The notes: generated from the letters alone by a model not told the origin. A DNA stretch of 64,000 nt from Eledone cirrhosa (GCA_964016885.1 OZ024745.1:54436001-54500000); one strand, 5' to 3'; shown: positions 28,509-42,793, counted from the first letter of the stretch. Translations and numbers: made by a program.

Positions 28509-31500
28509 CCGGGATCGGGGGGAGGAGTTGCTGTGCTTTTTCGGAGAGGTTTGGATCTTGCCCCGACAGGAGCAGGGCGGCCTGATTTCTTCCGGCGTCT
28601 GGAGACCTTTCTTGGAACGTCCCGCTCTTTAGTGTTAGTGGGCGACTGGAACGGGATCTTAGATGCACGCTGGGACTGTGTGGGATTAGTGGATAGGGGA
28701 GGAGGGTGCAAGAGTCTCACCAACCTGCTCAGACGTTTTGAACTGTCTGACAGGTACCGATTGGATTTCCCGAATGTGCCAATGTGAACTTGGACAAATC
28801 GCATAGGGTCATCCAGATCATATCTAGATAGAGTATTTTGTAGGGAAATAGATAGGTCTAGCATAGGCTGTCCACAATTCAAGATGGTCAGCTACACGGA
28901 CCACAAATTCGTGATCTGTGTGCTTGACTTAGATAGGCTTCATAGATGAGGACCCGGCTACTGGAAGCTAAACGCGTCCTTACCAGCGCGCAAGGCCTAC
29001 AGAGACCGGATTAGCGAACTAGTTAAGCGGGCGTTGACGGGGGCCATCATCAACAACAAGTGGTGGTTTGCTCTGAAAAGAGCAATTAGAATAGAGTCCA
29101 TTAGATTTAGTAAGGCTTTAGCAATAGAGAAAAATAGAGCAGAGGGAGAACTAGTTAGAAAATTAGACGAGGCGCTTAGCAAAGGCATCTCGACCGACGT
29201 ACTTGCGGCGAAATTGGCCCTTGACCAATTCTTCAATGCAAAGCACGAAGGCTGCGTTGTCAGAGCTAGGGTACGTGCTCTCAGACACGAGGGGACGAAA
29301 GCCGTTCAATGGGCCCGAGTGGCGGAGGCGCGTCGTGGCAACAAAGCCACGATACGGTTTTTTGTGGACCACGACGGGCGCATTCTACTCGATCCGGGCA
29401 AATGTGTGAAGCTTTTCAGCGACACTTCGGACAGCTGTTCGGGGGCAGCGGCGGGCCGGATCGAGGGATGGACTTTAGTGTCTACTTCGACGGACTGGCG
29501 CGGCTCTCGGCCACCCAGGCGCAGTGTTGCGAAAAGCCGATAACAGCCGCTGAAGTACGGGAGGCAATGACTGGCTGCACAAGGGCTAAATCGCCTGGTT
29601 TGGATGGTCTGCCCTATGAACTTTACGTACATATGCCAGACATAATCGGAGGCCTCTTGGCGGACGTCTACTGCAACTGGCAACAGAACGGGAGAATTCA
29701 AAGCTCTGTGAGCTGAGGAGCTGTGGCGCTGCTGAGAAAGGATCCGAACAAGGGGGATAACATAGATAATTTCAGGCCCATAACTCTGCTAAACACAGAG
29801 TTTAAGATTTTGGCCAAGGTGCTAGCAAAGAGGTTGGCGCTTGTCGTTGGTGGTCTGCTGGGAGAGGGGGAGACATGCGCCATTCCTGACAGATCCATCC
29901 ACGACAACCCCCACCTCATGCGATACATCGTAGAGAGCGTAGCTAGGGAACCTGGCACGGGTGGGTCCTTGATCAATTTAGATCAGTCGAAAGCATTCGA
30001 TAGGGTCGACCATCATAACCTAGCGGCAGTCCTGAGGGCAGCTGGCTTTGGGCCCGTCTTCAGAGGCTGGATCGCTGCCATGCACAGCGACATCTGCTCT
30101 GTGGTGAGAGTGAACGGTCACCTTTCGGAACCGTTCAATATCATGCGCTCGGTCCGCCAAGGATGTCCCATCTCGTCCCTCTTGTACGTATTGACTCTCT
30201 CGCCATTACTGCACAAACTGCAGACGTTGAGGGGGGTCCCGCGCGAACTAGGATGCAGAAGATCCGTGTCAGCATATGCGGACGATGTCACCGTAGTGGT
30301 GTCGAACGCCAAACTCATCGAGGCGATTGGCACTACACTAAGAGAATACGAAGCGGTGACAGGAGCAATGATCAACCAGGAAAAGTCAATGGGCCTGCAG
30401 CTCGGCACCTGGAGAGGCAGGTCCATGCCGTCCAACAGCGTTGTCGGGCGCTGGACGGACGGACCGGTTAAATTGCTAGGGGTCTGGTTCGGTCCGGACC
30501 TCCAGACGGACAAAAACTGGGACGGTGACGAGCAGGGTGGCTTCTCTCACCCAGAAATGGGCGGAGAGGAAGCTATCCCGGAAAGGTCGAGCGGAGGTGG
30601 CTAACGCGTACATCGCGTCCGTCATCTACTACCGCCTGACCGTCGTACCTTGTCCTAAGCCCCGCCTGACTGCGCTGGAGCGTTTGCTCTTTCGATTTTT
30701 GAGGAAGGGACGCGCTCCGATGGTCAGGCGGTCCATCTGCTGTCAACACCCGCTACGTGGAGGGCTGGGCATGCCGTGGCTGATGATGAGCAGACACGCC
30801 CTCATGCTACGGCACCTCCACCTCTTCCTCGACGGTGATCAGTTGTGGTCGCCGTTTGCTAGACACGTCTTTCCCCAGCTCGTCTCTTTGACGGAGCTGC
30901 AGTCCTGGGTCAAGAGAAGAACGAGAGGGAGCGCTTGGAGACTGGAATGTCTTTAGGCGCTCACAGCCCTCGACCAATCGGGCAATGTGATCGGTGGAAA
31001 CTCCACCTTGGCGTTCTATAGAGGATTAGTGGAGGGGAAGAGCGACGACGTACTTGGAGAAACTCTAGGCGTCGACGAAAATCAACTAGCCAATCTCTTC
31101 GGAAGGACTTTCGGGCCGGGGCCTATGGACAACTTCCAGAAATCCCTGGCCTGGCAGTGCTACCGAGGAGCTTTGCCAGTTCGGGATAAACTCTACAGGC
31201 ATGGAGGTGACGTCAGCAGGGCGACGAAACCGTACTGCACGCACTCGTCCAGTGTCCGAGCATTGTTGACTTGTGGGTTTATGTCGAACACCTGCTGTCA
31301 CGTGTAGGACGGATCCAGCTATCAGCTGAGTCCATCGTGAGGATTGCCCCGCCCTCTTCCTTTAGCCGGGAAGGGCAGGCAGCTTTTATCTGTCTGGTGG
31401 CCATGGCGAAAGAGATAGTATGGTGGACACGTTTGAAAGGGCTGAAGACGAGCACTTACCTCTTCGGTGATGCCCTGATTAACTTTTTCAAATTTCATTT

Positions 31501-31681
31501 GAAAAGGAAAATCATGGTAGAGAGGGAAGTGCTCTCTTCCCAGCATTTTGTTGAAAGATGGGTGAGAGAAGCAAGTATGGCCCGTGTGAATGGGCCTAAT
31601 CTGAGTATCTGTCTGTAAATTAAAGGTGGAAAACTGGGAGAGGGCACTGCCCTGTAAACCCTTGTGGTTAATAAAGAAAGC
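28509..31681 (+). mobile_element. 5'-truncated, mutated copy of the Tx1/L1-type element
   Basis: Closely matches 39268-42740; internal deletion at a TGCC microhomology (~28560), stops and frameshifts, 3' UTR deletion; (ATT)n on both sides. Confidence 0.93.
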
Positions 31682-31696
31682 ATTATTATTATTATT

Positions 31697-33482
31697 GTTC
31701 TTTGAGTCTTAGTCATTGATGTTATTTAACTGGAAAGTTTGTTGAAATGAATATCAAGCCGCTACCTGCAGCCTCAGATATTCAGGACGAATCGGAGGGT
31801 TCTTGCTGTTCCTAGCAGGCATGCTTTTTGAAGTGTTCCAAAAAGCGGGGCTGGACTCATTTTCTTTAACCATCCTTGGAAACTCTTTGAGATAGTACCT
31901 AGTGCGCCTATGACAATCGGGACGACTCTGACTTCATGGCAGTTCCAAATCCTTTTTAACTCCCACTTTAAGTCCTGGTATCGGTTAATTTTCTCCCTCT
32001 CCTTTTCTTGCACTCTCGTGTCAAAGCGGCAGGCTACGTCTACAATCAGGCACGATCTTTTTTCCTTGTCCAAAACCACCAGGTCAGGCCTATTGTGTTC
32101 CAGTTTCTTGTCCGTCTGTATCCTAAAATCCTATAACACCTTCACCTGATCGTTTTCTATCGCTGACTCTGGCTTATGCTCATACCACTTCTCAGAATGT
32201 GGTAAATTTTTACTTTGCACAGGATAACCCTGCCTATCACATCATGTCTACAGCCTTTATAGTGAGTCTGGGCTAGGTGTTTACACTCGGATACAGTGTG
32301 AGCCATAGTCTCCTCTCTCCACAGATCCTACACAGTGGGCTAGCCTCCTCCTTGTAAATATGGTGTTTCAACCACTTCATTCTGACGGCCTGCTCTTGCG
32401 CAGTCATTAACATTCCTTCTGTAGCCTTTTTAAGGTCTCCTCTTTTTAATCAGTTCCATATCTGTAGATCTCTAAATTCAGTTTTCTCAACGAAGGTACG
32501 ATGAAGGGATTTTTCATGAAGGTTGCTCTTCCGCCTTGTTGTTATTTCCTCTTTGGACATCCCTCGGTCTATTGTCCTCTCCTTCAGTACAATTCTGAGC
32601 ATTGGCTCCCTACTGTCAGTCACGTATTTGTGAAGGTTGTTTTTCTCCATCTGAACACAGTCCTCTATGCTGATAAGACCTCTTCCACCTTCAGATCTCC
32701 TTAAGTAGAGTCTGTCGACATCACTCCTCTTGTGGAACATGTAGATAGTCAATAGCTTCCTAGTCTTCCTATCCCTTTCATTTTGTTCAGCAACATTCCA
32801 TCTCAGAATTCCCGCACTGTACCTAATAATAGACACAGCTAGGGAATTTACTGCACTTATGGCATTCCTACTGTTTGATGTGACTTTAATACGCTCCTTA
32901 CTCTCCGAATGTATTCAGATCTTATCAATTCCTTCATTTTTTTTTGTTCTTGATGTCATCAGCCTCCAGAACACCCAAATACTTGTATCCTTCTTCAGTG
33001 TCAATTTCCTTTATCATCTCACCTGTTGGTACCTGGATTCCGTTGCTTCTGCTCAATTTACCCCTCTTCATCACACGGACTCCACACTTACTAATGCCAA
33101 ATTGCATACATATATCATTGCTGAAAATTCGGACAGTGTCGACAAGCACATCCAACTCCTTCTCACTCTTCCCGAAGAGCTTAAGATCGTCCATGAAGAG
33201 GAAGTGGTCGATGGTAAGCTCTCCTTTTCTCAACTTGTATCCTGCTCTCACTTTTCGCAGTATAATGGTCAGGGGTATAAGGGCAAGGACAAACGACAGA
33301 AGGGACAAACTATCTCCCTGGAAGATACCTCTCTTGATCTTCACGTCTCCCAAGGATTCTCCACCCGATCTTAACTCTGTTTCCCAGGACTTCATACTTT
33401 TGCACAACAACTGTCTGATGTTATATGCCACCTTGAAGATATCTAGGCTTTTGGTTATCCAAGAGGTACCATGTCGAATGCC
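31697..33482 (-). mobile_element. R4/Dong-clade non-LTR element, 5'-truncated (RT, CCHC, RLE)
   Basis: GIFQGDSLS, LFMDDLKLF, YKYLG, GGRGL, RPDLVV..LIVDVAC..EKINRYQDL..IVIGALG; ends in (TAA)n on its own strand. Confidence 0.9.
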
Positions 33483-35437
33483 CTAGGGTGCGTGCTCTCA
33501 GACACGAGGGGACGAAAGCCGTTCAATGGGCCCGAGTGGCGGAGGCGCGTCGTGGCAACAAAGCCACGATCCGGTCTTTGATGGACCACGACGGGCGCAT
33601 GCTACTCGATCCCGGGAAAATGTGTGAAGCTTTTCAGCGACACTTCGCTCAGCTTTTCGGGAGCAGCGGTGGGCCGGGTCGACGGATGGACTCTAGTGTC
33701 TACCTTGACGGACTGCCTCGGCTCTTGGCCACCAGGTCAGGTCTATTGTGTTCCAGTTTCTTGTCCGTCTGTATCCTAAAATCCTATAACACCTTCACCT
33801 GATCGTTTTCTATCGCTGACTCTGGCTTATGCTCATACCACTTCTCAGAATGTGGTAAATTTTTACTTTGCACAGGATAACCCTGCCTATCACATCATGT
33901 CTACAGCCTTTATAGTGAGTCTGGGCTAGGTGTTTACACTCGGATACAGTGTGAGCCATAGTCTCCTCTCTCCACAGATCCTACACAGTGGGCTAGCCTC
34001 CTCCTTGTAAATATGGTGTTTCAACCACTTCATTCTGACGGCCTGCTCTTGCGCAGTCATTAACATTCCTTCTGTAGCCTTTTTAAGGTCTCCTCTTTTT
34101 AATCAGTTCCATATCTGTAGATCTCTAAATTCAGTTTTCTCAACGAAGGTACGATGAAGGGATTTTTCATGAAGGTTGCTCTTCCGCCTTGTTGTTATTT
34201 CCTCTTTGGACATCCCTCGGTCTATTGTCCTCTCCTTCAGTACAATTCTGAGCATTGGCTCCCTACTGTCAGTCACGTATTTGTGAAGGTTGTTTTTCTC
34301 CATCTGAACACAGTCCTCTATGCTGATAAGACCTCTTCCACCTTCAGATCTCCTTAAGTAGAGTCTGTCGACATCACTCCTCTTGTGGAACATGTAGATA
34401 GTCAATAGCTTCCTAGTCTTCCTATCCCTTTCATTTTGTTCAGCAACATTCCATCTCAGAATTCCCGCACTGTACCTAATAATAGACACAGCTAGGGAAT
34501 TTACTGCACTTATGGCATTCCTACTGTTTGATGTGACTTTAATACGCTCCTTACTCTCCGAATGTATTCAGATCTTATCAATTCCTTCATTTTTTTTTGT
34601 TCTTGATGTCATCAGCCTCCAGAACACCCAAATACTTGTATCCTTCTTCAGTGTCAATTTCCTTTATCATCTCACCTGTTGGTACCTGGATTCCGTTGCT
34701 TCTGCTCAATTTACCCCTCTTCATCACACGGACTCCACACTTACTAATGCCAAATTGCATACATATATCATTGCTGAAAATTCGGACAGTGTCGACAAGC
34801 ACATCCAACTCCTTCTCACTCTTCCCGAAGAGCTTAAGATCGTCCATGAAGAGGAAGTGGTCGATGGTAAGCTCTCCTTTTCTCAACTTGTATCCTGCTC
34901 TCACTTTTCGCAGTATAATGGTCAGGGGTATAAGGGCAAGGACAAACGACAGAAGGGACAAACTATCTCCCTGGAAGATACCTCTCTTGATCTTCACGTC
35001 TCCCAAGGATTCTCCACCCGATCTTAACTCTGTTTCCCAGGACTTCATACTTTTGCACAACAACTGTCTGATGTTATATGCCACCTTGAAGATATCTAGG
35101 CTTTTGGTTATCCAAGAGGTACCATGTCGAATGCCCTAGGGTGCGTGCTCTCAGACACGAGGGGACGAAAGCCGTTCAATGGGCCCGAGTGGCGGAGGCG
35201 CGTCGTGGCAACAAAGCCACGATCCGGTCTTTGATGGACCACGACGGGCGCATGCTACTCGATCCCGGGAAAATGTGTGAAGCTTTTCAGCGACACTTCG
35301 CTCAGCTTTTCGGGAGCAGCGGTGGGCCGGGTCGACGGATGGACTCTAGTGTCTACCTTGACGGACTGCCTCGGCTCTTGGCCACCAGGTCAGGTCTATT
35401 GTGTTCCAGTTTCTTGTCCGTCTGTATCCTAAAATCC
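32090..35437. repeat. 1653-bp tandem duplication of a chimeric R4/Dong plus Tx1 unit
   Basis: Identical ORFs offset by 1653 (32450/34103, 32934/34587, 33488/35141). Confidence 0.95.
33483..33733 (+). mobile_element. ~250-bp internal Tx1 ORF2 fragment between R4/Dong pieces (repeated at 35136-35386)
   Basis: Matches ~40121-40370 (RALRHEGTKAVQWARVAEARRG...). Confidence 0.9.
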
Positions 35438-35823
35438 CACAGCACCTTCACCTGATCGTTTTCTATCACCGACTCTGGCTTATGCTCATACCACTTCTCA
35501 GAATGTTGTACATTGTTTACTTTGCATAGGTGCCCGTGGATCTTCACGCTTTCCAAGGATTCTCCAGCTGATGTTAACTCTGTTTCCCAGGACTTCATAC
35601 TTTTGCCCAACAACTGTCTGATGCTATCTGCCACCTTGAAGATCTCTAGGCTTTTGGTGATCCAAGAATGAGGCACCATTTCAAATGCCTTTTTGTAGTC
35701 TATCCATCCCATGGTAAGACCAGTGTGTCTCCTCTTGCAATTCCTCATTACCATCTTTTCAATAAGTAACTGGTCCTTTGTACCACGGGACTTCTTTCGG
35801 CATCCATTCTGTTCGTCCGGTAA
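35382..35823 (-). mobile_element. Diverged R4/Dong fragment with an internal deletion
   Basis: [16 protein letters not shown] (RT) joined directly to [21 protein letters not shown] (RLE). Confidence 0.85.
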
Positions 35824-35844
35824 CTATTATTATTATTATTATTA

Positions 35845-36849
35845 GTATTTGCATTTATCTTGCTTTATGTTCATACGAGTTATCACCAAGTCACAACCAG
35901 TGACCTCAAGAGACAACAAGGTCCGCCATGTTCAAGAAAGAACATACATATTCACACATGCATCCTTAGTGTTTAGACTTGTGATGTACTTATATTGACA
36001 GGATCTTCCTTAGTATATGGGCAGTTCCCATTAGTACTATCTTTTGTATTTCTCCTATACGCGGGTTTCCTGGGATTTGCGATAAGTAGTCGTTAGACCC
36101 CTTAGGTATCATTCCCAGAGCGCCTACAACCACTGGAATTGTTTTAGTTCTCAATTTCCACATTTTTCCAATTTCTATCTCCAGGTCCTTATACTTGCTC
36201 AATTTTTCAAATGTTTTTATAGATACATTCTTGTCTATTGGAACAGACATATCAATTAGCAGGCAAACCCTCCTTTGAAAGTCCTTCAATATTATATCAG
36301 GTCTATTTGCATCTATTTTTCGGTCTGTTTGGATGCTAAAGTTCCACAAGATTGAGATGTGATCTTTTTCAAGTATGGTAGGTGGTTGATGCTCCCACCA
36401 ATTCTTTTGATGGGGCAGGTCAAAATGCTTACACATTATCCAATGTATGTATTGTTCAGCTCTGTCATGCCTGTTTAGGTATTCGGTTGGAGCTATAGGA
36501 CTGCACATTGAAATTATATGGTCAATGGTCTCTGGTTGTTTTTTGCATACACGGCATAATGGGCTGCACCCATTTTTTTATTATGTTGGCTTGGTAATTT
36601 TTTGTTGGCAGACACTGATCTGGTGCCGATATAATCAGTCCTTCAGTCTCCGATTTCAGTCCAGAGGATGCCAACCACTGATGGGTTAAAGTTTTGTCAA
36701 CATCAGGATTGTTAGCTCGCTCTGGGTATTTTCCATACAGAGGCTTTTCTTGCCATTTCTTAGCCAGTTTCTGTAGCAGTTCTTTCTTTGCAGTTACTTT
36801 TACCTGCTTTGCTTTTTCTGTGTTTTCCATTTCAGCAGTAAATGGGACT
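35845..36849 (-). mobile_element. Second R4/Dong family, 3' fragment
   Basis: GLKSETEGLI, RHDR, NRPDII..LIDMSVP..EKLSKYKDL..VVGALG; (ATT)n on both sides. Confidence 0.88.
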
Positions 36850-37083
36850 TATTATTATTATTATTATTATTATTGGCGACCTACGTAGGAAATCGTATTA
36901 TCGTGAGCTCCGCAAAGGTTTGTTATTTCCGTTTGTTTAAAAATTGCCATTTATGGAAAATTTTATTTTAAACTGTTTATAAGCACACATACATTGTTTT
37001 CCGAAAAGGACACCCAAAAAGATTGGGGCCTTGTGCCCAAAATTTTAACTTTTATTATTATCCAAAAATTTCTTTGAAAAAAA

Positions 37084-39044
37084 ATGGCTAATTCCCCTCT
37101 GCACGAAGCAGCTGAAAGCCTTCCTCACAAAATAACACCTCACACCGACACCACCATTGTAAATGTTACTACGTTTGCCAACACAAAAAAAAATATAAGC
37201 AGTAGCAATATTTTAAATTTGTCTCAGGCAGACATTCATTTCCCGCCATTACCAATGCCTGCAGGTGTTAAACCCTCCACCACCACCTCCACCGCGACAA
37301 CAGAAACAAAAGAAGAAAAAAATAAATTAACTCGTGACGTCGAAATGAAATCAAGCAAAATGGACTCTTCCCCACCAAAGACGACTGACGTCACCACCAC
37401 CACCACAACTGAAAATAAAATTAATATTAACGATAGCAACAACAACAACAATGACATTATAAAACCGACCCTCAGTTTCGCCATCGTAGCAAAACAATTC
37501 GAAGCGTTCACGGTAACTCAAGAAGATTTAGAAAATGCCAAACAAATGGTAAAGAAAGATGGGTACAGGGTCAGCCTCACCCCCCCACCTAATAAAATGG
37601 AGCATCGGCGCCTGTGCACCGTGTCGTATAGAACAATAAATGTAAAATCGCGCCGAGTGGAACGGGCATCCGAGTCCCAAATTCAAAAAGCTTTGGGACA
37701 TGTGTGGGCAAGAAAAACCCACATCAGACGTGGGCAAAAGTATGGAACCGTGGATGTGTTCTTTGAAACACCAGAGGAGGCTAGAGAACACTCCATGGCC
37801 CCATTAAAAAGTGACGACTTCACACTCGTCCCAAGCTATTGTGGCCAGAGACTCGTAAAGATCAGGGTGACCCACGTTCCACCGGCCATCGAAATTCCCT
37901 GGCTAATAGCGGCTGTCATCGCCGGCATCGAGGCCAACACGAAAATAATAACAATAGCAAAAGAAAAGCAGGAAAACTGGTCCGGATCTGGGATGGAGCT
38001 CCTGATCCAAGCGGACCAAAAAAGCATTGAGGAGATCCCAGAGGTAATAGACCTCACTGACGGCAGCCACCTCACGGTAATTGTCGAGGGCAGAAGACCT
38101 AGGTGTGTCGTTTGTGGTGAAGGAACCCACCTAAGGGCTTTCTGCCCTCAGGCTAAAAGGTTGAGGCCACCTCTCCTACCCACCCCAGTGACACAACCAT
38201 CAACACCACCAGTAGCAGAGATGCCAGCAACAACTGTAGCAACAACAACAGAAGCAACTATAACAGCAACAACCCCAGCAACAGTAGCAAAACCAACACC
38301 ACTACCACCACCAGCAAAATCAACACCACCACCACCCAACGCTTCAGAACTAGCACCAGCGCCTACACCATCCACCACACCACAACCAAAACTAACGGCT
38401 GTGGAGGATTTTCCACTCCCCGGCCTATCACAACTGGAGACAGATTGTGACGACGAGGAGTGGGAAACGATATCCGGAAAAAAAAAAGAAACCAAAAAAG
38501 AAAAAATTCTCTTCCTTCCTCCTCCAAAAACAAAATACAGAGGGAAACAAATAAACTAAGAAACAAAAAAGTTAGGACAGATATGCCACCATCCACACCA
38601 GCATCACCAACCCCATCAACCCAAACACCAACACCATCACCATCATTATCCCCAGCACCACCATCACCTACACCACAAAAGTCACCAAAATACGAAACAG
38701 AAACAAACCCACAACAAACGCAAACAAAACAAAACAACCAAAACGATACACACTACACAGCATTAAATTTGAACAACAAGCAATTATTACACTACATCCA
38801 ACACAACACCAGCATCACAGAAAAAGACTACACAACAACCCCAAAATTCACACCACCTCCACACATACAAATCACTCGCATCACACAGAAAACGTACATG
38901 ACACTAAAACAAAAATTCCCCAAAGACATCGGAGACTTCCGACAAGCACTCTCCAGGAGGATTTATAAGGACATCCTTCCTGAGGAGGCCACAAGCAGTG
39001 AAAAGGATGGAAAAGCCGTCCTTCCCCTACGAGAAGTAAGGTAA
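37084..39044 (+). CDS. ORF1 gag-like protein with a CCHC knuckle and Pro/Thr-rich region; frameshift in the A-run at ~38480-38505
   Basis: CVVCGEGTHLRAFC zinc knuckle; ORFs 37084..38559 and 38460..39044 overlap across a homopolymer. Confidence 0.8.
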
Positions 39045-39078
39045 GTGGTCTTTCCCATCTTTTCCACTCCTTTTCAAC

Positions 39079-42000
39079 ATGACCTCACTCAGAATAGGCA
39101 GCATAAATGCGCGTGGCTTGGGGTCGTCATGGAAGCAGGGCCACCTGCTCAACGACCTCAGGTCACTAAACATAGATGTAGTGGCCATCAGCGAGACCAG
39201 AATCTCCGAAGCACAGGCTTTCGCACCGATCTTCGGCGGCTACGATGTGTACGCATCTCCCAGCCGTCCGGGATCGGGGGGAGGAGTTGCTTTGCTTTTT
39301 CGGAGAGGTTTGGATCTTGCCATACGGGCCATCTTCCTGGACCCAGAAGGTAAGTTGGTGGTGCTGGACGTGACCAGCGGAGACGGGCAAGCTTTCAGGT
39401 TAGTGGCCGTCTATGCCCCGACAGGAGCAGGGCGGCCTGATTTCTTCCGGCGTCTGGAGACCTTTCTTGGAACGTCCCGCTCTTTAGAGTTAGTGGGCGA
39501 CTGGAACGGGATCTTAGATGCACGCTGGGATTGTGTGGGATTAGTGGATAGGGAAGGAGGGTGCAAGAGTCTCACCAACCTGCTCAGACGTTTTGAACTG
39601 TCTGACAGGTACCGAATGGATTTCCCGAATGTACCAATGTGGACTTGGACAAATCGCATAGGGTCATCCAGATCATATCTAGATAGAGTATTTTGTAGGG
39701 AAATAGATAGGTCTAGCATAGGCTGTCCACAATTCAAGATAGTCAGCTACACGGACCACAAATTCGTGATCTGTGTGCTTGACTTAGATAGGCTTCATAG
39801 AGGAGGACCCGGCTACTGGAAGCTAAACGCGTCCTTACCAGCGCGCAAGGCCTACAGAGACCGGATTAGCGAACTAGTTAAGCGGGCGTTGACGGGGGCC
39901 ATCGTCAACAACAAGTGGTGGTTTGCTCTGAAAAGAGCAATTAGAATAGAGTCCATTAGGTTTAGTAAGACTTTAGCAATAGAGAAAAATAGAGCAGAGG
40001 GAGAATTAGTTAGAAAATTAGATGAGGCGCTTAGCAAAGGCATCGCGACCGACGTACTTGCGGCGAAATTGGCCCTTGACCAATTCTTTAATGCAAAGCA
40101 CGAAGGCTGCGTTGTCAGAGCTAGGGTGCGTGCTCTCAGACACGAGGGGACGAAAGCCGTTCAATGGGCCCGAGTGGCGGAGGCGCGTCGTGGCAACAAA
40201 GCCACGATCCGGTCTTTGGTGGACCACGACGGGCGCATGCTACTCGATCCCGGGCAAATGTGTGAAGCTTTTCAGCGACACTTCGCTCAACTGTTCGGGG
40301 GCAGTGGCGGGCCAGATCGAGGGATGGACTTTAGTGTCTACCTCGACGGACTGCCGCGGCTTTCGGCCACTGAGGCGGAGTGTTGCGAAAAGCCGATAAC
40401 AACCGCTGAAGTACGGGATGCAATGACTAGTTGCACAAGGGGTAAATCGCCTGGTTTGGATGGTCTGCCCTATGAACTTTACGTACAAATGCCAAACTTG
40501 TTCGGAGGCCTCTTGGCGGACGTCTACTGCAACTGGCAACAGAACGGGAGAATTCCCAGCTCTGTGAGCCGAGGAGCGGTGGCGCTGCTGAGAAAGGATC
40601 CCAACAAGGGGGATAACATAGATAATTTTAGGCCCATAACTCTGCTAAACACAGAGTTCAAGATTTTGGCCAATGTGCTAGCAAAGAGGTTGGCGCTTGT
40701 CGTTGGTGGTCTGGTGGAGAGGCACAGACATGCGCCATTCCCGGCAGATCCATCCACGACAACCTCCACCTCATGCGATACATCGTAGAGAGGGTAGCTA
40801 GGGAACCTGGCACGGGTGGGTCTTTGATCAATTTAGATCAGTCGAAAGCCTTCGATAGGGTCGACCATCGTTACCTAACGTCAGTCCTGAGGGCGGCTGG
40901 CTTTGGGCCCGTCTTCAGAGGCTGGATCGCTGCCATGCACAGCGACATCTGCTCTGTAGTGAGAGTGAACGGTCACCTTTCGGAACCGTTCAACATCATG
41001 CGCTCGGTCCGCCAAGGATGTCCCCTCTCGTCCCTATTGTACGTATTGACTCTCGAGCCATTACTGCACAAACTGGAGACGTTGAGGGGGGTCCCGCGCG
41101 AACTAGGATGCGAAAGATCCGTGTCAGCATATGCCGACGATGTCACCGTAGTGGTGTCGAACGCCAAACACATCGAGGCGATCGGCACTACACTAAGAGA
41201 ATACGAAGCGGTGACAGGAGCAATGATCAACCAGGAAAAGTCAGTGGGCCTGCAGCTCGGCACCTGGAGAGGCAGGTCCATGCCGTCCAACAGCGTCGTC
41301 GGGCGCTGGACGGACGGACCGGTTAAATTGCTAGGGGTCTGGTTCGGTCCAGACCTCCAGACGGACAAAAACTGGGACGAGGTGACGAGCAAGGTGGCCT
41401 CTCTCACCCAGAAATGGGCCGAGAGGAAGCTATCCCTGAAAGGTCGAGCGGAGGTGGCGAATGCGTACATCGCATCCGTCATCTACTACCGTCTGACCGT
41501 CGTACCTTGTCCTAAGCCCCGCCTGACTGCGCTGGAGCGTTTGCTCTTTCGCTTCTTGTGGAAGGGACGTGCTCCGATGGTCAGGCGGTCCATCTGCTGT
41601 CAACACCCGCTACGTGGAGGGCTGGGCATTCCGTGGCTGATGATGCGCAGACACGCGCTCAGGCTACGACATATCCACTTCTTCCTCGACGGTGATCAGG
41701 TGTGGTCGCCGTTTGCAAGACACCTTTTTCCCCAGCTCGTCTCCTTGACTGAGCTGCAGTCCTGGGTCAAGCGAAGACCGAGAGGGAGCGCTTGGAGACT
41801 GGAATGTCTTCAGGCGCTCACAGCCCTCGACCAATCGGGCAATGTGATCGGTGGAAACTCCACCTTGGCGTTCTATAGGGGATTAGTGGAGGGGAAGAGC
41901 GACGACGTACTTGGAGAAACTCTAGGCGTCGACGAAAATCAACTAGCCAATCTCTTCGGAAGGACTTTCGGGCCGGGGCCTATGGACAACTTCCAGAAAT

Positions 42001-42497
42001 CCCTGGCCTGGCAGTGCTACCGAGGAGCTTTGCCAGTTCGGGATAAACTCTACAGGCATGGAGGTGCCGTCAGCCGGGCATGTCCGAGATGCGCGCAGGG
42101 CGACGAAACCGTCCTGCACGCACTCGTCCAGTGTCCGAGCATTGCTGACTTGTGGGTTTATGTCGAACACCTGCTGTCACGTGTAGGACGGATCCAGCTA
42201 TCAGCTGAGTCCATCGTGAGGATTGCCCCGCCTCCTTCCTTTAGCCTGGAAGGGCAGACAGTTTTTATCTGTCTGGTGGCCATGGCAAAAGAGATAGTAT
42301 GGTGGACACGTTTGAAAGGGCTGAAGACGAGCACTTACCTCTTCGGTGATGCCCTGATTAACCTTTTCAAATTTCATTTGAAAAGGAAAATCAGGGTAGA
42401 GAGGGAAGTGCTCTCTTCCCAGCATTTTGTTGAAAGATGGGTGAGAGAAGCAAGTATGGCCCGAATGAATGGGCCTTCTCTGAGTATGTGTCTGTAA
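39079..42497 (+). CDS. ORF2 (APE endonuclease, RT, C-terminal CCHC) with one frameshift near 40716
   Basis: SINARGL, VAISET, VYAP, GDWN, SYLDR, YTDH; KSPGLDG, FRPITLLN, DQSKAFDRV, VRQGCPLS, YADD; CPRC..HALVQC. Confidence 0.93.
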
Positions 42498-42739
42498 ATT
42501 AAAGGTGGAAAACTGGGAGAGGGCACTTGCCCTGGTGGTCAGGGCCACTGTGGTCTTTTAATGGGCTTTCTCCACAAATGTCCCTTGGAAGTCTCCCCCC
42601 TATTGGGGAATATTTCTTTGTTATTTTATTTCAACCTCTGTTTTTTTACACGCAGAAATGCCCATTTGTACCGTCCTGTATTGTCCTGTACTGTCCTTAA
42701 TGTCTACTTTATGTGAACCCTTGTGGTTAATAAAGAAAA

Positions 42740-42793
<54 letters not shown>

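Larger units (their letters stand above)
36875..42740 (+). mobile_element. Full-length Tx1/L1-clade LINE (~5.9 kb) in (ATT)n
   Basis: 5' UTR, ORF1, ORF2 and 3' UTR with AATAAA; (ATT)n immediately on both sides. Confidence 0.93.

Noticed and set aside
38478-38505. Programmed ribosomal frameshift in Tx1 ORF1
   Set aside because: It lies in an A homopolymer, where slippage or sequencing error is more likely, and only one copy is available.
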